Positions 1-9,669 of a DNA stretch of 64,000 nucleotides are shown here, one piece after another. The notes beneath the pieces were generated by a model. The model was not told the origin of the DNA, did no database searches, and saw nothing but the letters and a program-made list of their open reading frames with translations. This DNA is from an uncultured Methanomicrobiaceae archaeon (GTDB lineage: Archaea > Halobacteriota > Methanomicrobia > Methanomicrobiales > Methanoculleaceae). Position 1 is the first letter of the stretch; the number at the start of each line of letters is the position of its first letter. The stretch covers positions 1,184,001-1,248,000 of the forward strand of contig CAWGXH010000004.1 of NCBI GenBank assembly GCA_963826525.1, in the 5' to 3' direction. The translations under genes were made by a program, and so were the position numbers.

Positions 1-1353
1 TGGACGTCCGCTACCCGGTCAAGGGGTTGTACTGTCTGGTTCCCTCACGGATTTGCTATCCGGAAATGTGCGTATCAGATCCTTCGGGATCTGATGGACC
101 GTGATCACCAGGAGACGATGTTCCCGCTCCTCGTGCCCGAGAACGAGTTCATGAAAGAGGCGGCCCACATCAAGGGGTTCGAGAACGAGGTATACTGGGT
201 CACCCACGGGGGTAAGAACGAGCTCGACGTACCGCTCGCTCTCCGGCCGACGAGCGAGACCGCGATATACCCGATGTACGCACTCTGGATCCGGTCGCAT
301 GCCGATCTCCCGCTGAAACTCTACCAGATTGTCAATACCTTCCGGTATGAGACGAAGCATACCCGCCCGCTCATCCGCCTCCGCGAGATCACCTCGTTTA
401 AAGAAGCCCATACCGTCCATGCCACGTGGGAAGAAGCCGAGCAGCAGGTCGAGGAAGCGATCGAGCTCTACCGGACATTCTACCGGCGGCTCTGCGTCCC
501 GGTGGTCGTCTCCCGCCGGCCCGAGTGGGATAAGTTCCCCGGCGCCGATTACACCATCGCGGTCGATACGATCATGCCCGACGGCAAGACGCTGCAGATC
601 GGAACCGTGCACCTGCTCGGCGACCACTTCTCAAAGACCTACAATATCACCTTCGAGGATGCGCAGGGCGAGCACCACTACGCCTACCAGACCTGCTACG
701 GCATCTCCGAGCGCTCGATCGCCGCGCTCATCAGCGTGCACGGCGACGATAAGGGTCTTGTCCTGCCGCCCGAAGTCGCTCCGGTTCAGGTCGTCATCGT
801 CCCGATCATCGTCGGGAAACGGCGGGAAGAGGTGCTCTCTGCCACGGCTGCCCTCGAGGACGATCTGCGGGCGGCCGGGTTCTCCGTAAAGATGGATACG
901 CGTGACCTGCGCCCCGGTGCGAAGTACTACTACTGGGAGATGCGGGGCGCTCCGCTCCGCCTTGAAGTCGGCCCGCGGGACCTCGACGCCAATACCGTCG
1001 TCGTCGTCACGCGCAGCGGCGAGAAACACACGATAGACCGGCGCGGCGTCGTGGAAGGTGTCGGTAGTATCCTCGCCCAGTTCCGGGAGGAGATCTTCGG
1101 ACGGGCGGAGCGATCCATGGCGGATCGCATCCGTATCGTCGAAACCGTCGTCGATGCGGCCGATGCTGTAAAGTCGGGCGTCGCGGTTGTTCACTGGTGC
1201 GGCTCGAAGGAGTGCGCCGATGCAGTAGAAGAGGCCGTGGATGCAAGCATCCTCGGCTCGGAGATCAGATCCGAATATATATCCGACTCGACCGGGCCGT
1301 GCATCATCTGCGGCGGCAGCGGGCGATCGGCGATGATTGCCAGAACCTACTAG
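1..1353 (+). CDS. proS: Proline--tRNA ligase (archaeal/eukaryote type), 5'-partial; apparent extra base near 33
   Basis: DVRYPVKG at the window edge, [23 protein letters not shown] (motif 2), QTCYGISER (motif 3), anticodon-binding domain and C-terminal HWCG...CIICG...ARTY. Confidence 0.96.
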   Translation, partial: WTSATRSRGCTVWFPHGFAIRKCAYQILRDLMDRDHQETMFPLLVPENEFMKEAAHIKGFENEVYWVTHGGKNELDVPLALRPTSETAIYPMYALWIRSHADLPLKLYQIVNTFRYETKHTRPLIRLREITSFKEAHTVHATWEEAEQQVEEAIELYRTFYRRLCVPVVVSRRPEWDKFPGADYTIAVDTIMPDGKTLQIGTVHLLGDHFSKTYNITFEDAQGEHHYAYQTCYGISERSIAALISVHGDDKGLVLPPEVAPVQVVIVPIIVGKRREEVLSATAALEDDLRAAGFSVKMDTRDLRPGAKYYYWEMRGAPLRLEVGPRDLDANTVVVVTRSGEKHTIDRRGVVEGVGSILAQFREEIFGRAERSMADRIRIVETVVDAADAVKSGVAVVHWCGSKECADAVEEAVDASILGSEIRSEYISDSTGPCIICGGSGRSAMIARTY

Positions 1354-1355
1354 AA

Positions 1356-1811
1356 TCAGCAGTTCCGGCAGATATACGTCGTCGGAAAGACGGGCTCGGA
1401 GAGATCCCCGGCGATTACCTTTTTTCCGCCCATAACGAAGATTCGCCCGCACCGGGAGCATTTTTTCGGCATCAGCCGGTCAAGAAGTCTCATCGGGACC
1501 TCGAGTTCGAACTGGAGCCGTCCCATGGCGGCGGGGTTGCAGTTGCAGACATCCTCGTAGCGGCCGAGGAGTTCCATAGTCTGAAGCGGATTGACGCCAA
1601 GGCTGTCAAAACGCCTGAAGAGGAAGTAGTTGAAGATCATCCACCCGAGGTCGGCCCGCTCGAGGGTCTCGTCAAACTCCCCGCACACTCCTTCGTCTTC
1701 GTCGAGTGAATAACCGCAGAGCGGGCAGCGCCCGCCCACCAGTTCATCGAGGAAGACCTCTTCGTGACAGCTTGGACAGGTTGTGTGAGGTGTGTGCATT
1801 CTGGATGACAT
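1356..1811 (-). CDS. Double zinc-ribbon hypothetical protein (~151 aa)
   Basis: CPSC..CPLC at the N-terminus and CSRC..CRNC at the C-terminus; ATG at 1811 preferred over the ORF-track start; converges on proS. Confidence 0.75.
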   Translation of the reverse strand: MSSRMHTPHTTCPSCHEEVFLDELVGGRCPLCGYSLDEDEGVCGEFDETLERADLGWMIFNYFLFRRFDSLGVNPLQTMELLGRYEDVCNCNPAAMGRLQFELEVPMRLLDRLMPKKCSRCGRIFVMGGKKVIAGDLSEPVFPTTYICRNC

Positions 1812-2190
1812 GGTAATAAAGGCCCCCTTTCGTGGTTGCTGCATACAAGCGGCCGCTTATCGGGGTCGGGGTCGCCCCTGATATCGTCCCGGTGGGCGGC
1901 TGACCCGATAGCAGTTTTACTAGGTATTGTGTTGACGATACTCATATACATGTCGTACGGGTCCCTGGCGGGACGATCGAGTATGTCGCTGTTTTATCTT
2001 CCGAATCCCGTAATTCCTTTTATTTGCCGGTATTGCCCGCTTCGGACATTCTTCCCGGCTATCTGCCGGATGCGATGGAAGCGATCCGGGGGCGGTCTCC
2101 GGCCGGGGTAGATAGAACGGCGGCCTCTGCGTTACGCACGGGGTTTTTGCCCGGGCAATCCTTTAATAGGTTGCAGGGCCAGTTCCGCGC

Positions 2191-3112
2191 ATGGCGTCGC
2201 CAGCCGCAGTCTGAGGTGTATCTGGTACGTGCGGTGGATAGGATTGCCGGCATCGGGGCACTCTTCGAAGAGGCCGGAATTGGTTCGCTCGCAGGGAAAC
2301 GTGTCGCACTGAAGGCAAACTACAACAGCGACGATCCCTTCCCCGCCTCGACGCATCCCGAGACCCTCGAGGCTCTCGTGCGCCGTCTCAAAGAGGCGGG
2401 AGCACGGGAGATCGTCCTCGGTGAGCGGAGCGGGATGGGGGATACCCGGACGGTGCTTCGGAACCGGGGCGTCTATACTCGTGCAGAGGCACTCGGGTTT
2501 GACGTGGTCGTCCTCGACGACCTGCCCGCCGCCGGATGGGATGCGATCGCCGATCCGGATCTCTCCTGGAAGCGGGGATTTCTGATCGCGAAGCTCTTCC
2601 GGGATGCCGATCTGGTGGTACAGACCTGCTGCTTAAAGACGCACCGTTTCGGCGGCCATTTCACGCTCTCACTGAAGAACTCCGTCGGCCTTGTCGCCCG
2701 GCACGACCCGTCCGGGACCTACGATTATATGGCCGAGCTGCATGCATCGCCCGACCAGCGCCGGATGATCGCCGAGATCAACCGGTATTACAAGACCGAT
2801 CTCGTGGTGATGGATGCTACGGCAGGTTTTGCGACGGGGGGTCCGGAGAGCGGCAGCCTCATCGAACCGGGTCTTCTCCTCGCAAGCAGTGACCGCGTGG
2901 CTCTGGATGCTGTCGGAATAGCCCTCCTCCGCTCCTACGGCTCGACACCGCAGGTCATGAAGGGGCGGATATTCGAGCTCGAGCAGATCGCCCGGGCAGC
3001 AGAACTCGGTATCGGTGTCCGGTCGGCGGAAGAACTCCGTCTGGTTCCACTCGACCCGGCGGCCAAATCGGCGGCTACGGAGATCCGCCGGATCCTCGAC
3101 GAGACGGGATGA
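2191..3112 (+). CDS. DUF362 family protein (putative Fe-S/lactate-racemase-like)
   Basis: VALKANYNS...[25 protein letters not shown], DxVALD motifs. ATG at 2191 follows TTTAATA at 2162 but needs a 1-nt correction to join the ORF. Confidence 0.85.
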
Positions 3113-3673
3113 TCAGCTGAGCCCCCGAACAGGATCCGCAGGCCAATACCGATCAGGATCACGCCACCGGCGATCTCGATCTTCCGCTCGAAGATGTGTC
3201 CGAAGGTGCTTCCGATAACGACGCCGAGTGCGGAGATTACGGCCGTGACGAGGCCGATGACGAGCACCGGAACGAGGATCGGGGTGCCCAGGACGGCAAA
3301 GGTGACGCCGACGGCAAGGGCATCGATGCTGGTTGCGACGGAGAGCAGCAGCAGCGTCCCGAGCGACAGAGCGACAAGTCCGGGCTCTCCTTCCTCGCTG
3401 CCGAAGAGTGCCTCGTAGATCATCTTGCCCCCTATTAGCGCGAGGAGGAGAAAGGCTATGGCAGGAGCCGTATCCCGCGATGACGTCGGCGAGGCTCACT
3501 CCGGCGAGCCAGCCGAGAACCGGCATTGCCGCCTGGAAGAATCCGAAGAATGCCCCGATGATGAGGGCGTGGCGGAGTATGCCCTGCCTGACCGCCGTCC
3601 CGCTGCTCACGGCAACGGCGAACGCATCCATCGCAAGGCTGACGGCAAGGAGGATGAGGGTTATCGATTCCAT
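3113..3673 (-). CDS. mntP: Manganese efflux pump MntP family (split by apparent indels)
   Basis: [11 protein letters not shown] and FFQAAMP in one frame, [10 protein letters not shown] and GGVILIGIG in the other; frame switch near 3450-3470. Confidence 0.85.
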   Translation of the reverse strand: MESITLILLAVSLAMDAFAVAVSSGTAVRQGILRHALIIGAFFGFFQAAMPVLGWLAGVSLADVIAGYGSCHSLSPPRANRGQDDLRGTLRQRGRRARTCRSVARDAAAALRRNQHRCPCRRRHLCRPGHPDPRSGARHRPRHGRNLRTRRRYRKHLRTHLRAEDRDRRWRDPDRYWPADPVRGLS

Positions 3674-3773
3674 CTGCAGCATACAAAAGCGACCCGAAGA
3701 GGCATAAGCCTATAACACCGGGGGCGGCGATCCGATCGGATTAATCCGTCTCTCCATCAAACGAAGAAGGTAG

Positions 3774-4620
3774 ATGACAGAGAGCAGCACGGTGACGATC
3801 GGGCTCGTCCAGACCTCCGTCTCCACGGATCGGGATCGAAATCTTGCACGGACGCTCGATATGGTGCGGTCGGCTATCCGCCGGGGTGCCCGGATCGTCT
3901 GCCTGCAGGAACTCTTCCGGACAGTCTACTTCCCGCAGGCGGAGGACGCCGATCCCGACCGGTACGCCGAGACGATCCCCGGCGAGACGACGGATGCCTT
4001 ATCCGCCCTCGCCCGCGAGCACGGCGTGGTCATCATCGTCCCGCTCTACGAACGGACGGACGAAGGGGAGTACTACAACGCCGCCGTGGTGATCGACGCC
4101 GACGGCCGTCTCCTCCCCGCGTACCGGAAGATGCATATCCCCTACGATCCGCTCTTTTACGAGAAGACCTACTTCCGTCCGGGCGGCGAATACCGGGTAT
4201 ACGACACCCGCTATGCCCGGATCGCCGTCCTCATCTGCTATGACCAGTGGTTCCCCGAGGCGGCACGGGCGGTTGCCCTGCAGGGGGCGGATATCATCTT
4301 CTACCCGACGGCGATCGGGTGGATCGCCGGTGAAGAGGTTCCGACCGAAGGAGACTGGCACGATGCCTGGGAGACGATCCAGCGGAGCCACGCGATCGCA
4401 AACAGCGTCCACGTTGCTGCGGTCAACCGGGTCGGAACCGAAGGGGATCTTGCGTTCTGGGGAAGTTCTTTTATCTGCGACTCGTTCGGTGCGGTCATTG
4501 CCCGTGCGAGCGATTCCTCCGAAGAGGTGCTCGTGGCAGCGGTCGATCTTGCGCAGAACGCCGCCGTCCGTGAAGGCTGGGGTTTCTTCCGGAACCGGCG
4601 GCCGGATACCTACACTCCCT
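3774..4620 (+). CDS. aguB: N-carbamoylputrescine amidase (carbon-nitrogen hydrolase) domain, probably fused to the downstream agmatine deiminase
   Basis: Nitrilase triad: LQELF (E), YRKMHIP (K), ICYDQWFPE (C); PTAIGW; RNRRPDTY C-terminus. Confidence 0.88.
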
Positions 4621-4621
4621 G

Positions 4622-5698
4622 CTCACCCGCCCGTTCGACCGGGAGACGCCGGCGGCTCTCGGCTACCTGATGCCCGCCGAGTGGGAGCGGCACGATGCCG
4701 TCTGGCTCTCCTGGCCGCACGACATCGAGAGTTTCGCAAACCTCGTGGCGGTAGAGGCGTCGTACGTCTCCCTGATCGCGGCGATACACCTGGATGAGGT
4801 CGTCAATCTCCTCGTGACCGACGGGGCGATGAAAGAAAGGGTCACCGCTCTCCTGCAGGCGGCCAATGTCGCCACGGATCGGATAGCCTTCCACGTCACG
4901 CCGTATGCGGATGTCTGGTTCCGGGACTACGGGCCGACGTTTGTCGTGAACCGGGAGGCGAACCGGCTCGCCCTCGTCGACTGGACGTTCAACGCCTGGG
5001 GCGGGAAGTACGACGAGCTGCTGAGGGACGACGGCATCCCGGCCGTCATCAACCGGGAACTGAACCTCCCGGTCTTCACTCCCGGCGTCGTCATGGAGGG
5101 CGGTTCTCTGGATGTGAACGGGAAGGGCACGGTGCTCACTACCGAACAGTGCCTGCTGAACCGGAACCGGAACCCGCACCTCTCCCGGGGAGAGATCGAG
5201 GGGTATCTTCGGGACTATCTCGGCATCCGCCACGTCATCTGGCTCAAAGAAGGTATCTCCGGGGACGATACCGACGGCCATATCGACGACATCGCCCGGT
5301 TCGTCAACCCGACCACCGTCCTCTGTGCCCTCGAGGACGACGAAAATGATGAAAATTATGCCGCCCTCCGGGAGAACTACGAGATTCTGAAGGCTTCGAC
5401 CGACCAGGACGGCAATCCCCTGACCGTTGTTCCGCTTCCGATGCCCGGCCATGTGGGCGGTGACCGGCGGCTTCCGGCAAGCTATGCCAACTTCTACATC
5501 GGCAACAACACGGTGCTCGTCCCGGTCTTCGGTCACCGGAACGACGAGCGGGCCCTCGCTATCATCCGGGAGGCATTCCCCGGCCGGGAAGTCGCCGGGA
5601 TCGACTGCACCGCGATGGTGCACGGCCTCGGGACACTCCACTGCATCAGTCAGCAGCAGCCGTCGCTCGTGACCTGGCCGCCCTACCAGACGTTGTAG
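4622..5698 (+). CDS. aguA: Agmatine deiminase (porphyromonas-type peptidyl-arginine deiminase family)
   Basis: TPAALGYLMPAEW, WFRDYGP, FNAWGGKY, EGG, DDTDGHID, ASYANF, GTLHCISQQQP (catalytic Cys). Confidence 0.93.
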   Translation, partial: LTRPFDRETPAALGYLMPAEWERHDAVWLSWPHDIESFANLVAVEASYVSLIAAIHLDEVVNLLVTDGAMKERVTALLQAANVATDRIAFHVTPYADVWFRDYGPTFVVNREANRLALVDWTFNAWGGKYDELLRDDGIPAVINRELNLPVFTPGVVMEGGSLDVNGKGTVLTTEQCLLNRNRNPHLSRGEIEGYLRDYLGIRHVIWLKEGISGDDTDGHIDDIARFVNPTTVLCALEDDENDENYAALRENYEILKASTDQDGNPLTVVPLPMPGHVGGDRRLPASYANFYIGNNTVLVPVFGHRNDERALAIIREAFPGREVAGIDCTAMVHGLGTLHCISQQQPSLVTWPPYQTL

Positions 5699-6192
5699 TG
5701 AACGCGTTCTCCCTGGAACCGATCTTCGGTGGGCGGTGTCTCCGCCGGATGTCCTATCGGGACCAGGGCAAACGGAACGACGCTGTCCGGCAGGGAGAAG
5801 AGATTTCGGAACCCGAGGATCCGATCCTCCATCGGGTAGACGGCCGTCCAGACCGCCCCGAGCCCCTGTGCATGGGCGGCAAGGAGGAGGTTTTCGGTGG
5901 CGGCCGAACAGTCCTGCACCCAGAACCTGGGCGTCCGGAGCAGGGAAAGGTCGCCGCAGACGAGAACTGCCACCGGTGCGTGGCTGCTCATTTCGATGAA
6001 GGGGCTTATGGTGGGAATATTCTTCAGGATCTCCGGATCGTCGATCACGATAAACTGCCAGGGCTGCTCGTTCGCGGCAGAGGGTGCGTTCATCGCGGCG
6101 GCAAGGAGCTCCCTGACCGTCTCGCGAGGGACGGGCTCTTCCGTGTAGTCCCTGATGCTTCGTCGTGTCCGGATCACGTCAAGGGTATTCAT
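5683..6192 (-). CDS. Nitroreductase family protein
   Basis: RRSIR, APSAANEQPW, DCSAATENLLLAAHAQGLGAVW; start ATG 6192. Confidence 0.92.
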   Translation of the reverse strand: MNTLDVIRTRRSIRDYTEEPVPRETVRELLAAAMNAPSAANEQPWQFIVIDDPEILKNIPTISPFIEMSSHAPVAVLVCGDLSLLRTPRFWVQDCSAATENLLLAAHAQGLGAVWTAVYPMEDRILGFRNLFSLPDSVVPFALVPIGHPAETPPTEDRFQGERVHYNVW

Positions 6193-6280
6193 CACGGTTC
6201 CCGGGTGAGATCGCCATAGTTCATATCTCTTCCTGCAGCCCGGAGAGCGCCTCTCCCCCGGGTTATCCTTAAGTGGAAGG

Positions 6281-8051
6281 TCAGGGGATTCGGGTCTTCT
6301 CTTCCTCGTGCAGCAGTCGCCGTACCTTCTCCCGGCACTCCTGCAGCTCTTCCGCGGCCCGTTTATGTTCCGTGATATCAAGTCCGGTACCGATCACGTA
6401 CTCGGCATTCCCCTCTCTGTCCCTGAGCACCGCATTCGACCAGGCGATAAGACGTTTCGTGCCGTCCTTTGTGATCCAGTGATTTCGGGCGTGTTTACAT
6501 CCGTTCTCCATGAGCAGATCGTCAAATGCGGACTGCGCCGGTGCAGCCTCTTCCCCGGGCAGGAGGAGATCCCATGCGTTTCTCCCGAGCACCTCCGCCG
6601 ATGCGTATCCCGTCACCTTCTCGCAGGCGGTGTTGAACCGGACGATGCGCCCCCGGGTGTCCATGACGAGCACCAGGGCATCGGCAGTATCGAGAACCGC
6701 GGTGGAAAAGTCCCGCTCCTCTCGCAGCGCTTCTTCCGCCTCAGTTCTTGCCGCCAGATCGAGCACCACGCCCCTGATCCCGACGACCGTGCCGTTCTCC
6801 ACGATCGGGGAGGAGTATACGGCGATCGGAAACCTGGTTCCGTCCCTGGCCAGGCCGGTGTACTCATCTTTCGTTCCCGGGCTCCCTGCGAAGAGTTCCT
6901 CGATCATGCCCTCGGCCCGTTCCCGCTCTTCCGGGGCTATCGTATCGAGGATGGTCATTTCTTCCCGGCACTCTCCCGGCGTGTACCCGAAGGTCTCGAA
7001 GGCCTGCCGGTTTGCGTACCTGATGGCGAGGGATGCATCGGTCTCGAAGACCGGCAGCGGAAGGAGATCGGCAAGGTCGTGGAACCGCTTTTCACTCGCT
7101 GTCAGTCTGCTCTTCGATCACCCGGCGCTCGGTGATGTCGTTTCCGATGGAGAGGATGCCGGTCGGGGTTCCGTCGTCGTCGAGGATGGCTTTGTTCGAC
7201 CAGCGCACCCAGACCCGGCGTCCGTCGCGGGTGATGTTCTCGTTCTCGTTCAGTCTGAACCGATCCGACCCCGAGCAGATCTCCCGCATCAGCGCCGCCA
7301 GGTCTCTTCCGGACGTTTCGGTCGGGGCGACTATCGTGCCGACGACATTCCGGCCGAGGATCTCTTCTTCCCGGTAGCCGAAGAAATCCTGCGCATACTC
7401 GTTGAAGAACGTGATATTCCCATCGCCGTCCATTTTGAGGATTATGGAGCCTGCGTTCTCCACGAGCTCCCGGTACTTCTTTTCACTCTCCTGCAGTGCA
7501 TGCTCGGCACGTTTGCACTCCGTCAGATCGATGAGGATGACGATGAACCCCTGGTTGCCGTCCTCAAAGACGGTTGGGGCGAATTTTACCTTGAAGAACC
7601 GATCCTCGTCGAGCCGGACGTCGAGATCGCCTTCGGTCTTCCCGCCCCCGGGCAGCCGGGCGATCTTCTGAAGCAGTTCCTGCACGTCGAGTGCGGCGAT
7701 CGGGAGGTGGTGAATGTTTTTTCCCGTTACGTCTTCCCGTTTTTTGTCGAGGATCTTCAGGAAGTAGTCGTTGACCATGACGACCCGGAGATCGGCATCG
7801 AGCACCATCACGCCTTCGCCGGCAAAGTTGATCATCGCCGAAAGCGGCAGCCGCTGGGAGAGGGAGAATACTTTCGCCATACCGTACTGGCGCATATCCA
7901 CCTGCCCCGTCGCCTGCAGAATATCGAGGTATCGCCCGATGGAGTGCATATTTTTGGCGAGTTCCCGGGAGATCTCGGTGATGCTCATGCCCTGGGGGTT
8001 CCTTTTCAGGAGCTCCTTGATCTGCTGCAGTTCTTCCCGATACCGTACCAT
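6281..8051 (-). CDS. Winged-HTH + multiple (about 4) PAS-domain regulator, no kinase domain; indel near 7105
   Basis: N-terminal PQGMSITEISREL..SIGRYLDIL HTH; PAS/PAC units ending DLTE, DITE, DLAA, DITE; two ORFs join in register at 'EEQ-L-TASEKRF'. Confidence 0.82.
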
Positions 8052-8228
8052 TGGATATAACTGGTGTTTATTCTCATATTTATACTCGAGGTACATTTGT
8101 AGCACTGGTCTGCTACCGGCATGTGTTACTGTCATTTGTCACAAATAACCGATAAAATTTTATATGATGGTCTCCCTCTCTGTGTGGCAAGACGCGCCAG
8201 TCCTGAGCGTCAGATATGAGGAACCAAT

Positions 8229-9589
8229 ATGCAGAGATCGAGTGAAACGAGACGGGGGGAGAACTCCTCCTTCCGGATGATGGCCAGGGGTCTCACGCTG
8301 ACCCTTATCCTGCTCCTGTTTGCAGGAATGACTGCTCCGGCCATGGCCGCCGATAAATACCTCTACGGGAGCCCGACCCTCTCGGCGTCGATCGCCGGCA
8401 CCAACGAGTTCTCGCCCGGCCAGGAGATGGCCCTCGCGGTGAACCTGAAGAACAGCGGGCTGAACACCTTCAAGTTCGTCGACCCGACCGCCGTCGCCCG
8501 CGACGACCTGCCGAACACGGCGAAACTCGTCACCGCCGCGCTCGGCACCGATGCCGCGCCGGTCACCGTCAAGACCGACCCGCAGTTCCTCGGCGACATC
8601 GCCGGCGGCAAGAGCGTCACCGCGACCTTCACCGTCAAGGTCGCCGAGAACGCCGCTCCCGGCACCTACAACCTCCCCCTCACGGTGACCTACACCTACC
8701 TCAGTTCGGCCGAGCAGTACCGGCAGCGACAGCATCCAGTACTTCTACGAGGAGAAGACCGAGGTCCTCCCGCTCGCGGTCACGATCACCCCCGACCTCC
8801 GGCTTGAGGTGCTCGAGGTCACGACCGAAGACCTGAACGTCGGCACCGAGGGCTACGTCCATCTCACCCTGAAGAACGCCGGCTACGAGACCGCAGAGGG
8901 CGCCGTCGCCCGGATCGCCCGGAGCGGCACGAGCCCGATCGTCCCGACCGACGCATCCGCCTACCTCGGCACGTTCGCCCCCGGCGAGACCGTCGACCGT
9001 GACCTTCAAGGCGGCCGTCGCCACCGACGCCGAGGCGCAGACCTACCCGCTCGACGTCCTCGTCACCTACACCGACTCGTGACGGCGACGCCTCGACCTC
9101 CAAGACCGTCACCCTCGGCCTCCCGGTCGGCGGGAAGACCGACTTCGCCGTCGTCTCCTCGGCCGCCACCCTCATCCCCGGTGAGAAGAGCGTCCTCGAG
9201 GTCGTCTACAAAAACATCGGCGCCGCCACCGTCTACAACGCCCAGGCACGGATCAGCGCCATCGACCCCTTCACCAGCAACGACGACACCGCCTACCTCG
9301 GCGACCTCGCACCCGGAGCAGAGGGAACCGCACGCTTCGAGATGAACGTCGACGCCGACGCAACCCTCAAGGCCTACGGCCTCGACTCCGAGATCCGCTA
9401 CCGCGACGCACTCGGCAGCAGCCAGATATCCGATACCATGAAGGTGCAGGTCGACCTCGTCCAGAAGATCGGGCTCCCTCGTCACGAACCCCATCGTTCT
9501 CGCCCTCAATCGCCGCGGTTCTCCTCGGTGCAGGCTACTACGTCTTCGTCATGCGCAGAAAGACCGACGGCCGGAAAGGGGTGATGTGA
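8229..9589 (+). CDS. COG1361 S-layer-domain family protein (signal peptide, Ig-like domains, C-terminal TM); several indels
   Basis: Signal peptide, YLYGSPTLSASIAGTNEFSPG, LGDIAGG, GTYNLPLTVTYTYL, DPFTSNDDTAYLGDL, YGLDSEIRYRD, C-terminal GYYVFVMRRK. Confidence 0.85.
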
Positions 9590-9669
9590 GGACCCGGCGG
9601 CGCATGTCCGCTCTCCTCACCCTTCGCTCCTTCATGCCGAATACGTCGATAGTCTACGAGGTAGTTTCG

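Noticed and set aside
9075-9085. Apparent in-frame TGA in the S-layer-domain gene (also at 27327 in the NifX-like gene) as selenocysteine or readthrough
   Set aside because: Downstream similarity continues in a different frame, so these are indel artefacts rather than recoded stops; no Cys-equivalent position.
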